Assembly (NCBI GenBank): GCA_046485285.1
Contig: JAWOHE010000084.1
Location: forward strand, 1-47,443
DNA from: a bacterium
GTDB lineage: Bacteria > Hydrothermota > Tepidihabitantia > Tepidihabitantales > Tepidihabitantaceae
Reading direction: 5' to 3'
Length of the DNA stretch: 47,443 nucleotides
Part shown: positions 20,257 through 28,368 of the stretch, piece after piece
Layout of the letters: the number at the start of each line of letters is the position of its first letter
Position numbering within the stretch: the stretch's first letter is position 1
Position numbers and translations under genes: made by a program
Notes under the pieces: generated by a model
What the model was told of the DNA's origin: nothing
Databases searched by the model: none
What the model saw: the letters and a program-made list of their open reading frames with translations, nothing else

Positions 20257-20669
20257 AACAGCCGGATTCCGGCAGGCCGAAGCGAGTCTCAGGAAGGCCT
20301 GGTCCGCGAGCCGTCTTCCTGTTCCTCCTCGGTGTTGTCATTCTCGTCGGGTTCCTGGCCTGCGAGGGGCTCGACCCGTTCCAGTTCGCTACCTTCAGCC
20401 TGCGTGACGGCCGCGTCGGCGAGGCCTACGCCGATACCATCCGCACTGAGGGCGGCCGCGGCGAGGTCGCGATGCGGCTCGTCGACGGCCAGCTTCCGCC
20501 GGGCGTCGGCCTGCGCGTCGCGGGCAGGGACGGCATCCTCTACGGCCTGCCGTCGCGCGCGGGCGACTTCCAGTTCACGGTTGAGGCGCGGGACTCGACG
20601 TCGGGAGAGACCCCGCGCCCGCCTGCGGTCGTCACCCAGGGCTTCGCGATAACAATCGACAGCCTCTAG
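20253..20669 (+). CDS. Putative Ig-domain lipoprotein
   Basis: Hydrophobic signal ending LAC; GQLPPGV...G.L.G.P...G.F.FTVEA.DS Ig-like pattern. Confidence 0.7.
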   Translation: MKQPDSGRPKRVSGRPGPRAVFLFLLGVVILVGFLACEGLDPFQFATFSLRDGRVGEAYADTIRTEGGRGEVAMRLVDGQLPPGVGLRVAGRDGILYGLPSRAGDFQFTVEARDSTSGETPRPPAVVTQGFAITIDSL

Positions 20670-20685
20670 GCCCGGGCCTGCCTCG

Positions 20686-21471
20686 TCAGGCGTCGGGAGC
20701 GGGGCGCGCTGTCCTGTTTCGCGTCGCGACCGGCCGGGGCAGGTAGGCCGGCTTCAGGTTGTGGATTCCCCAGAAGACGTTGGTGCGCACGCGGCGGTCC
20801 TGTCGGTAGAGCCGTTCGAGGAACCGGCGCAGGACCAGCCGCGCGGTCTTCGGCTCGTGGGGGCAGCGGTTGCGGCAGGCGCGAATGCCGAACCGCCTCA
20901 GGTAGCCGGCAATCATCGGCTTCTCGACGTAGTAGAGCGGCCGGATGATGACGACCTCGCCCGAGAAGAGCTCCTGGCGGGGCAGGAAGGCCGCGGCGGA
21001 GGAAGTCATCAGCAGGTTGAGCAGGAAGGTTTCGTTGACGTCCTCGAGGTGGTGGCCGAGCGCGACCTTGCGCGCGCCGAGCTCGGCCGCGGCGCGGAAC
21101 AGCGTCTTGCGCCGCTCGCGGGAGCAGAAGAAGCACGGGTCCTTGCCGGTCGCGGCGAGCTTCGCCGGCACGTCGATCGGCCTGACCACGGTCTCGAGCC
21201 CGAGCCGGCGGCAGGCCCGGCAGACCCGGGCCGAGTTCCAGCCCGGGAAGCCGGGGTCGACGTGGACCGGGACCAGTTCCCAGCCGAGCCGGCGGCGGTC
21301 GTTGCGGTCCTTGAGCGCGTGGAGTAGGCAGAGGCTGTCCGCGCCGCCCGACACGCCGACGACGACCTTCTCGCCCGGCTCGATGAGCTGGAACCGGTCG
21401 AGCGCCTTCCGGACGTAGTTTCGGGTCCGGCCGACCGCCCGGGCCGGGGATAGTTTCGCCAGGGAAGCCAC
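20686..21471 (-). CDS. ttcA: tRNA 2-thiocytidine biosynthesis TtcA-family protein
   Basis: SGGADS PP-loop, CFFCSRERR, LGHHLED, IIRPL, CRNRCP. Confidence 0.88.
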   Translation of the reverse strand: MASLAKLSPARAVGRTRNYVRKALDRFQLIEPGEKVVVGVSGGADSLCLLHALKDRNDRRRLGWELVPVHVDPGFPGWNSARVCRACRRLGLETVVRPIDVPAKLAATGKDPCFFCSRERRKTLFRAAAELGARKVALGHHLEDVNETFLLNLLMTSSAAAFLPRQELFSGEVVIIRPLYYVEKPMIAGYLRRFGIRACRNRCPHEPKTARLVLRRFLERLYRQDRRVRTNVFWGIHNLKPAYLPRPVATRNRTARPAPDA

Positions 21472-21489
21472 GCGCCCGCGGCCCGGCCG

Positions 21490-22851
21490 CTACTCCTCGG
21501 GCAGGCGGACCTCGGGGCGGCCGCGCAGCCGGGAGTAGAACAGCTCCCGGATTTCGCTCAGCCGCTCCGGGGTCCGGGCCTCGAAGCGCAGAACCAGTAT
21601 CGGCCCGGTGTTCGACGCACGAACCAGGCCCCAGCCGTCGCCGAACTCGACCCGGGCGCCGTCGATGTCGATGACCCGGTGTTCGCGACGGAAGCCGTCG
21701 CGCAGTTCGTCAACGACCCGGAACTTGAGCTCATCCGGGCAGGCGGCGCGGATTTCCGGGGTCGAGAAGTAGGCCGGGATATCGGCCGCGAGGTCGGACA
21801 GCTTCCGTCCGCTCTCGGCCATCAGCCTGAGCAGTCGGAGCGAGGCGAACAGCGCGTCATCGTAGCCATAGTAGTCGTCGGCGAAGAACATGTGGCCGGA
21901 CATCTCGCCGGCCAGCGGGGCGCCTTCCTCCTTCATCTTGGCCTTGATGAGCGAGTGGCCGGTCTTCCACATCAGCGGCGTGCCGCCGATGCCTTCGAGG
22001 TACTCGACCAGACCCTGCGAGCACTTGACCTCGAAGACGACCTTCGAGCCCGGGCGGGCGCGGACGACCGGGGTCGCGAGAATGCCGAGCAGCCTGTCGC
22101 CGAAGACCATCTCGCCGCGCTCGTCCACCGCGCCAATGCGGTCGGCGTCGCCGTCGTAGCCGATGCCGCAGTCGGCCTCCGCCTCGCGGACAAGGGCGAT
22201 GAGCTGGCGGACGTAGGCGGCCACGGTCGGGTCGGGAAGGTGGGCCGGGAAGTTCCCGTCGGGCGCGAGGTTGATGTAGCGCGGCTCGATCGGCGTGCCG
22301 GCGAACAGCCGTTCGAGCAGGACCCCGGCGGTGCCGTTGCCCGGGTCGAAAGCGACCCGGAGCTTCCCGGGAATCGTGACCTTGCGCCGGCACATCGCGA
22401 GGTAGGCCGGGACGATGTCGTGCCCCGCGAGCGCGCCCCGGCCGGTCGCGAAGCGGCCGGCCTCGACCACCCCGCGCAGGCGCTGGATTTCCGCGCCGTA
22501 GATGGTCGTCCGGTCGAGCCCGACCTTGAAGCCGTTGTATTCGGGCGGGTTGTGGCTGGCGGTGATCATCACGCCGGCGTCGGCGACCTCGTGGAGGGCG
22601 TAGTAGAAGACCGGCGTCGGCACGACGCCGAGGTCAACGACGTCGATGCCGGTCGCGAGGATACCGTCGGTGAGTGCCCGGGCGATGCGCGGGCCGGAGA
22701 GTCGGACGTCGCGGCCGACGACACACTTCGTCACGCCACGGCCGTGCGCGACCGTCCCGTAGGCCCGGCCGAGGGTGAAGACCTCGTTGTCGCCGAGTTC
22801 GGTCTCGGCGAGACCCCGGATGTCGTACTCGCGGAAGATGAGCGGGTTCAC
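21490..22851 (-). CDS. Phosphomannomutase/phosphoglucomutase
   Basis: FREYDIRG, TASHNP, DGDADR, GEMSGH, RASNT. Confidence 0.95.
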   Translation of the reverse strand: MNPLIFREYDIRGLAETELGDNEVFTLGRAYGTVAHGRGVTKCVVGRDVRLSGPRIARALTDGILATGIDVVDLGVVPTPVFYYALHEVADAGVMITASHNPPEYNGFKVGLDRTTIYGAEIQRLRGVVEAGRFATGRGALAGHDIVPAYLAMCRRKVTIPGKLRVAFDPGNGTAGVLLERLFAGTPIEPRYINLAPDGNFPAHLPDPTVAAYVRQLIALVREAEADCGIGYDGDADRIGAVDERGEMVFGDRLLGILATPVVRARPGSKVVFEVKCSQGLVEYLEGIGGTPLMWKTGHSLIKAKMKEEGAPLAGEMSGHMFFADDYYGYDDALFASLRLLRLMAESGRKLSDLAADIPAYFSTPEIRAACPDELKFRVVDELRDGFRREHRVIDIDGARVEFGDGWGLVRASNTGPILVLRFEARTPERLSEIRELFYSRLRGRPEVRLPEE

Positions 22852-22917
22852 CGGTCCATCTTAGCGGCGAAACGGCCGGGCGCAACGGTCGCGCCCGGCC
22901 GCATCACGACAGGGCAA

Positions 22918-23049
22918 TCAGTCGGACCTGCGGCCTTCGATCACGACCGTGCGCGGCATCACGATGCCGCCGGTGACACAGGTGATCAGCCCGTCGAGGA
23001 AGCCCATCTGGCTCTTGATCTTAATGCGAATCAGCCACTTGATAAGCAA
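22918..23049 (-). pseudogene. C-terminal fragment resembling a Bor/Iss-like lipoprotein
   Basis: IKIKSQMGFLDGLITCVTGGIVMPRTVVIEG resembles the Bor C-terminal F.NG....T.GIY.P pattern; in-frame stop upstream, no signal peptide. Confidence 0.45.
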
Positions 23050-23213
23050 CTAGATACAGGATTCGGTGTCGGTCGAACTTGGGACCACCACGGCACGATC
23101 GCTCTGCGCTTGACAGGCTGACCCGCGGCTGTTAGCATCGGGACGAGTCACGCGCGAGAATAGCGGAGTCGCTGCGATTGGCGTGATTGGTGTCTAACGA
23201 TAGGAGGTGCTAG

Positions 23214-23594
23214 ATGGCCCGCAAAGCGATGGCCACACTACTGGTCGTTGCACTACTGCCCGTCTGGGCCCTCGCTCAGGGGGGGGCTTCCCCTCAGTCA
23301 GCACAGCGCAGTTTGCCCGCAGAGGTTCCTGTCTCAGGTGGCGAGGACGCCGCTGTCCTCGAGCTTGCCTCAAACGAGGTCTACTGCGCTGAATGTGGCG
23401 CGAAGAACCAGTCGGATGCAGCATTCTGCTCCAGCTGTGGAGCGGAGCTCAACCCGAAGTCGTCGCGGCCCCAGGTGGTCATCCACAGAGAAGAGAAGCG
23501 CGGCCTCACTGGATGGGAGGTCGTAGGCATCGTGGCGGCAGTAGGCTGCGGGGCCTGTGTGCTTCTCTGGCTGATCGGCCTGGCGGCCAGTTGA
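23214..23594 (+). CDS. Zinc-ribbon domain membrane protein
   Basis: Signal peptide, CAECG..N...AAFCSSCG zinc ribbon, C-terminal TM; RBS AGGAGG; promoter TTGACA-N17-TAGCAT at 23110-23138. Confidence 0.8.
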   Translation: MARKAMATLLVVALLPVWALAQGGASPQSAQRSLPAEVPVSGGEDAAVLELASNEVYCAECGAKNQSDAAFCSSCGAELNPKSSRPQVVIHREEKRGLTGWEVVGIVAAVGCGACVLLWLIGLAAS

Positions 23595-23631
23595 CGGCGA
23601 CCTAACTGCAGCGCCCCTGGCGCCAGCGACC

Positions 23632-24078
23632 GTGCTGCGTGTCGCCGGTTTCGTTGTACAGAAGGTGGCCTCGGTAGTCACCCCGCTGTTGTTGCTCGCG
23701 TCGCTTGTGAACGCACTACACGCGAGCGTTCCTCTTGAGAAACCGGGGGGGTCGTGCTCGGCGGTCGATGTGACAGCATGGGCTCTGGTGACCCTCTATC
23801 GCGTGGTCATCTCTCCGCACTACTTCCACCGTTGCCAGTTCAAGCCTTCATGCTCGGCGTACGGTCTCCGAGCACTCACGAGTCGAGGATGGGCGCTTGG
23901 GGGCGCCATGGCGGTCGACCGTGTCATGCGGTGTCACCCTCTGGCTTCAGCCAGTGGCTACGGAACGGTTCTCGGAGCGGAGTCTGACCCTCTTGGGATG
24001 TTCCGACTGAACCCGTGGGACCCGCGCTCGATGTCGAGGCTCCTTCTCGACCCCGTAGAGGAGAACGTCATCTGGTAG
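23632..24078 (+). CDS. YidD-like (membrane protein insertion efficiency factor domain) protein
   Basis: LYRVVIS...CQFKPSCSAY...DRVMRCHP motif. Confidence 0.8.
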   Translation: MLRVAGFVVQKVASVVTPLLLLASLVNALHASVPLEKPGGSCSAVDVTAWALVTLYRVVISPHYFHRCQFKPSCSAYGLRALTSRGWALGGAMAVDRVMRCHPLASASGYGTVLGAESDPLGMFRLNPWDPRSMSRLLLDPVEENVIW

Positions 24079-24875
24079 TCTTGCTCTGCACTCTGTGCTC
24101 AGTGGCGACTCCTGGTACTCAGGTAAGCGACTCGGCTTGGTTTGGCTACGCAGAGTGGCTGCTAGCAGGGGCTCAATACGACCGGGCCATCGGCGCATTG
24201 GAGGAGTTCAGGTTCTTCAGACCCAACTCGCCCTACGCAGATACGGCTCTCTTCGAGGTGGGACTTGCGCACCTGAAGGCTGGTTCGCTGGACGCCGCCG
24301 CGCGCTCTCTGGAGCGCTATTTGTCTGAAGCTCAGCCAGCGCGGTCAATGGGTCACGCTCGCCTCTACATCGGCTTGGCTCAGCTGCAAGACGGAGAGCC
24401 AGCCCAGGCCAGGGCCACATGGGCCCTGGTCGCGCGCGACGCATGCCCGGAGTTGGCCGACCGAGGAGCGAAGGCTCTCGTGGCGTCTCACCTGTGGGAG
24501 TTACGGTTCGACGAGGCCGCACTGTGGGCGCGCACGCTGGGAGTAGGGTTAGACTCGACACTTGCTCGTCGTCCTACTCAAAGGGCACCGGCTTTGGCCG
24601 CAATCATCTCAGCGTTGGTGCCCGGGTCAGGCCATATCTATGCAGGGCGCACCGCTGATGGCATCGTCAGCTTGGCAGTAACGGCTGCAGCGGGCTACTG
24701 GTTTTACCGGGCAATTGGCCGCTCTGATGCGGAAGCGGGTGTCTTCAGAGGGGCCGTGTTTCTGGGATTCTACGCAGGAGGCATATACGGTGCCGCCGTC
24801 GCGGCCACGAGGCACAATGACCTTGTGCTGCGAGGGTACCGAACGCAAGTGGCAGGATTGCTGCCCTCACCATGA
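24015..24875 (+). CDS. TPR-repeat protein with C-terminal TM2-like membrane domain (true start probably near 24072)
   Basis: TPR pattern YDRAI...PNSPYADTALFEVG; AAIISALVPGSGHIYAG motif. Confidence 0.75.
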   Translation: MGPALDVEAPSRPRRGERHLVVLLCTLCSVATPGTQVSDSAWFGYAEWLLAGAQYDRAIGALEEFRFFRPNSPYADTALFEVGLAHLKAGSLDAAARSLERYLSEAQPARSMGHARLYIGLAQLQDGEPAQARATWALVARDACPELADRGAKALVASHLWELRFDEAALWARTLGVGLDSTLARRPTQRAPALAAIISALVPGSGHIYAGRTADGIVSLAVTAAAGYWFYRAIGRSDAEAGVFRGAVFLGFYAGGIYGAAVAATRHNDLVLRGYRTQVAGLLPSP

Positions 24876-25188
24876 CCCCACTGGCTCCACTTGGCTGACA
24901 TCGGGAGTGCGCTTGCCTTGACCGCCTTGCGCAGTCCCGGGCCGGACTTCGGCGACATGGCACTCAACTGCCTTGACGGACTTGATAGGAAAGTCGGCCT
25001 TGCGAGTACTTGACATCGTCCGGGCCAGAGACAACCTGCTCGGCACGCATCTGTTCCTGCACTACCGCGCCAGCGTCTGACCTGCGGCCGGTCACGGCCG
25101 CGTCCACCTTCCGCCGGTTCCTGACCAGACGAGCCCTCAGCGGCGCATCTCGTCTGCCACCCGGAGTGTTGCGAGCCGCGTTCGGCAC
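24876..25188 (-). pseudogene. Possible frameshifted paralogue of the capsid-like ORF at 25531
   Basis: Pieces in different frames: basic N-terminal helix RLVRNRRKVDAAVTGRR, QVLA, RQLSAMS..SG...SAKWSQWG (compare AVLN, REMWKLT..NG...VAKWVARG). Confidence 0.3.
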
Positions 25189-25204
25189 TCCGCCCCCACC
25201 TGCC

Positions 25205-25420
25205 TTCCCCTAGCGGCCCCGGGGACGCCTCCCCTAGCGGTCCCGGGGGCGGCCTCCGGGACGGCTCCCCTAGCGGTCCCCGGGGTGGCCCCCGGAACCG
25301 TCCCCCCGATATCCCCGGGAGCGGTTCCCCGGACGGCCCCGGTAGCGGTCTCCCTAGCGGTCCCCGGGACGGCCCCGGGAACCGTCCCGGGGATATCCCC
25401 GGGGATATCCCCCGGAGTGC
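25205..25420. repeat. 12-bp-period tandem array, about 18 degenerate units (CCCCTAGCGGTC / CCGGGGATATCC type)
   Basis: TAGCGG/GGACGG/GAACCG/GGATAT cores at 25211,25223,...,25415, exactly 12 bp apart. Confidence 0.93.
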
Positions 25421-25530
25421 TGCTACCTGCCTGCTAACCTCTAGCATTATAGCTGCTTAGCCCAACACGCCCATCGTCACGATCGCCCCCGCAGCAGTCC
25501 CCGGACACCGGCTCGGGAGTCGCGGCCCGG

Positions 25531-25797
25531 GTGCAGGCCGCGTTCGACGGCATCTTCGCGGCCGAGTCCGAGACGCGGGCCGTGCTCAACGCCGAAGGCG
25601 TGAGCCTGACCCTGTATCCGTACTACCTTGCGTTCGGCAGGGAGATGTGGAAGCTGACCAACCGGGTGAACGGGGAGGCGGCCGCGCTCGAGGCGGCAAA
25701 CCTCGTCGCCAAGTGGGTCGCCCGAGGGCTTTCACTGTCGGTGCTGGGGAAGATAAGGTCGAACGTGTTCAGCGTTCCTAAGCCCGTCGGTCCGTAA
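25531..25797 (+). CDS. Small helical protein resembling the SIRV2/Adnaviria major capsid protein, probably 5'-truncated
   Basis: AVLNAEGV....YLAFGREM.KLTNRV.G.A......L......L...VL pattern matches my recollection of the rudivirus coat protein C-terminal helical bundle; coding-like codon usage; no RBS; in-frame stop at 25450. Confidence 0.55.
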   Translation: MQAAFDGIFAAESETRAVLNAEGVSLTLYPYYLAFGREMWKLTNRVNGEAAALEAANLVAKWVARGLSLSVLGKIRSNVFSVPKPVGP

Positions 25798-25997
25798 GGG
25801 CTGACTCCGCGACGCGGGCGGCGTGACGGCGAGCGCCGAAGCGACGCCTGGAATGGGAGGGGCGTGGTCGCCTCTCCCGCAGTCTTGAGGTGAACGGCGG
25901 GATGGATGGCGCGGCGTAAGGTGCCATAACTAATGGGGATAGAGCGACAGGCCGCCAGGGTTGACAGGGGTGGGTGGGCGCGTAGAATTCAGACCTC

Positions 25998-26852
25998 GTG
26001 GCACGACTCCAGGTTACGTTCGCCCTCGGGCTCCGCGGGCGTGCGATTCGCCTTTCCATCCCCGTCTACCTGTTGTATGTCGCCGCGGCCGGGTTGCTAC
26101 TGGTGCTGGTCGGGGTCGGACTCCTGGGCCGGGCGTGGGTCGAGAACAATACCGACTACGGCCGGCTGAACCGGCTGACCGCGGAGAACTACCTGTTGAA
26201 GCAGAGGATTGTCCGCTACTGCGCGGCGATGGACACGTTCAAGACCTTTCTCGCCGCGACCGAGGAGATGGATAACCGGCTGCGGACGTCGGCCGGGCTG
26301 TACCTGATTCCGTCCGACATGCGGCGGGTGGGGGTGGGCGGCTACCCGGTGCCGGGCGAGGATGCGACCGTGGACGACCTCCTGCGCCGGACCCGGTTCC
26401 AGGAGCGGTCGCTGGGCGAGATCGAGCAGGCGCTCGCGTCGCGGACCGAGCGGCTGGGCCGGATTCCCTCGATCTGGCCAGTGCAGGGCTGGGTGACGTC
26501 CGGGTTCGGGCGGCGCCGGGACCCGTTCACCGGCCGGGCGATGATGCACAGCGGCATCGACATCGTCGCGCCGTACGGGAGCCGGGTTGTCGCGTCCGCG
26601 GACGGCCGGGTCGTGTATTCGGGCTGGAAGAGCAACTGGGGCCGGGTGGTCGAGATTGACCACGGCAATGGGCTGGTGTCGTTCTATGCGCACCTGCAAT
26701 CGAACTCGGTCTCGAGCGGGGACGAGGTGAAGCGCGGCCAGGTCGTCGGCCGGCTCGGCTCGTCGGGCCGCTCGACCGGGGCGCACCTGCACTACGGCCT
26801 GCGGCGCAAGGGCGTCTGGGTCAACCCCGAGACGCACATCATCTCGGACTAG
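25998..26852 (+). CDS. M23 family metallopeptidase
   Basis: PSIWPVQG, HSGIDI, YAHL, STGAHLHY; promoter TTGACA-N16-TAGAAT at 25961-25988. Confidence 0.93.
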   Translation: MARLQVTFALGLRGRAIRLSIPVYLLYVAAAGLLLVLVGVGLLGRAWVENNTDYGRLNRLTAENYLLKQRIVRYCAAMDTFKTFLAATEEMDNRLRTSAGLYLIPSDMRRVGVGGYPVPGEDATVDDLLRRTRFQERSLGEIEQALASRTERLGRIPSIWPVQGWVTSGFGRRRDPFTGRAMMHSGIDIVAPYGSRVVASADGRVVYSGWKSNWGRVVEIDHGNGLVSFYAHLQSNSVSSGDEVKRGQVVGRLGSSGRSTGAHLHYGLRRKGVWVNPETHIISD

Positions 26853-26874
26853 CCAGGCGACGCGAGGCAGAGGC

Positions 26875-26900
26875 AACCCGGGGCGCTGCCCCCGGTTTTT
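26875..26900 (+). terminator. Probable intrinsic terminator after the M23 gene
   Basis: AACCCGGGGC-GCT-GCCCCCGGTT imperfect stem followed by a T-run. Confidence 0.55.
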
Positions 26901-26909
26901 CTTCGCAGC

Positions 26910-27012
26910 GGATTCAACACGAAGACACCAAGACTGAGATTGTTCGGGGCCAAGCCCAAGACCCTTTCTTTGTGCCTTGGTGGTTTGCCCGGCGTTTGTG
27001 CCTTTGTGGTTG
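26910..27012. repeat. Miniature inverted-repeat element (inverted copy of 7006-7108)
   Basis: CACGAAGACACCAAG ... CTTTGTGCCTTGGTGGTTTGCCCGGC...TTTGTGCCTTTGTGGTT. Confidence 0.7.
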
Positions 27013-27054
27013 GTCCGGTATCCGGGTCCGGCCCTTTTGCGGCCGGCGGCCGCG

Positions 27055-28320
27055 CTAGCGGTAGAGCGCGACCGGGAGTTGTTCCTCGGCCGCGGCACCG
27101 GGGCCGGTCCAGCGCAGGCGGACCGCGTAGAGCCCGGCCGGCGCGGCGCGGCCCGAGGCGGCACGGCCGTTCCAATGAAGCTCACCTTCGGCCGCCTCGG
27201 GCCGACCGTCGTGGAGGTCGCGGACGAGCCGGCCGGCGAGGTCATAGACCTGGACCCGAAGCCGGCCCGAGGCGGCGGGCAGGCGGTAGCTGATGGCGAG
27301 CGAGTCCTCGATGCCGTCGCCGTCCGGGCTGAAGCCGGGCGCGGCGAGCCGGAGCCGGCGCTCGCCGCCGCCGGGGTCGAGCCAGACGCGGCGGCGGTTG
27401 TCGGCGGTGTCGGCGTCGCCCGGGCAGTCGAGGATTGCCCAGAGCGCGGTGCGGAGTCGGGGCGCGGTGAAGCTGAAGCCGAGGGTCGAGTCCGCGCCCG
27501 GGGTGAGGCGCCAGCCGGCGGCGGCGCGGGTGGGCTCGGCCGGATCGGGCCGGGCGTTGCCGTTGGCGTCGATGAAGAGCTCGAGCCGCCAGTTTTCGAC
27601 CGGGGCGTAGCCGCGGTTGGCGACGGTGGCGCGGACGGTGAAGCCGGCGTCGGGCGCGAGCCGGTCCGGGTCGACGAGCTCGAGGGCGGCGATGGCGAGG
27701 TCGGGCAGGGTGCTGGCCGCGTTGGCCGCGCCCGGGGTCGAGCCGGCCGGGTCCGGGGAGGTGCGCCAGTTGTCGACGCGGTCCGGGCCGAGGACGTCAA
27801 GCCGCTCCCAGGAGACGCCGTCGGGCGGGGAGCAGGGAATCGAGTCGGCCGGGTCGAAGGGCGTGCCGAAGGTGGTGGTGTCACCGCAGGGCGAGGCGAT
27901 GATGACCGGGTCGTTGCCGGCGAGGCCGTTGCCGAGGGTGGTGTTGCCGACGGTGAGGGCGAGGACGTTGGGGCCGAAGCGGTAGGGCCGGACCCAGCCG
28001 CCCTGCGGGTCGGGGTGGGTGTACTCGGGGTCGAGGACGACCGCGTACCACCCGGGCGGGAGCCAGGTCGAGTTGATGGCGAGGTGCGGGGCCTCGGCGA
28101 GGATGCTGGAGTCGGCCCAGGCGGCGATGCGGTCGAGCGCGTCGCCGTCGTCGAGGGTCCAGTCGCGGAGGTCGACCGCCTCGTCGCCGGCGTTGTAGAG
28201 TTCGACGAACTCGTTGCGGTCCTCGGGGAAGAGCGAACCGTCCGCGCCGGCCGGATTGGACATCACCTCGGTGACGACGATGCGGCCGGCGGCGAGGAGG
28301 CAGACGAGAAGCGGGACCAC
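27055..28320 (-). CDS. Secreted lamin-tail-domain protein with CARDB-like and FlgD-Ig/CTD-like domains
   Basis: VTEVMSNP...EFVELYN (LTD), STPGAAN, PDLAI, FSPDGDG, YDLAGRLVR, WNGR. Confidence 0.82.
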   Translation of the reverse strand: MVPLLVCLLAAGRIVVTEVMSNPAGADGSLFPEDRNEFVELYNAGDEAVDLRDWTLDDGDALDRIAAWADSSILAEAPHLAINSTWLPPGWYAVVLDPEYTHPDPQGGWVRPYRFGPNVLALTVGNTTLGNGLAGNDPVIIASPCGDTTTFGTPFDPADSIPCSPPDGVSWERLDVLGPDRVDNWRTSPDPAGSTPGAANAASTLPDLAIAALELVDPDRLAPDAGFTVRATVANRGYAPVENWRLELFIDANGNARPDPAEPTRAAAGWRLTPGADSTLGFSFTAPRLRTALWAILDCPGDADTADNRRRVWLDPGGGERRLRLAAPGFSPDGDGIEDSLAISYRLPAASGRLRVQVYDLAGRLVRDLHDGRPEAAEGELHWNGRAASGRAAPAGLYAVRLRWTGPGAAAEEQLPVALYR

Positions 28321-28368
28321 GGTCCGAGGATAGGCGGGCGGCAGGCCGGGTCAACCCGGCGGGGCGGC

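Noticed and set aside
23190-23660. Integron cassette (GTCTAAC at ~23192, ACCTAAC at ~23600)
   Set aside because: No matching GTTRRRY end with a convincing attC hairpin and no integrase
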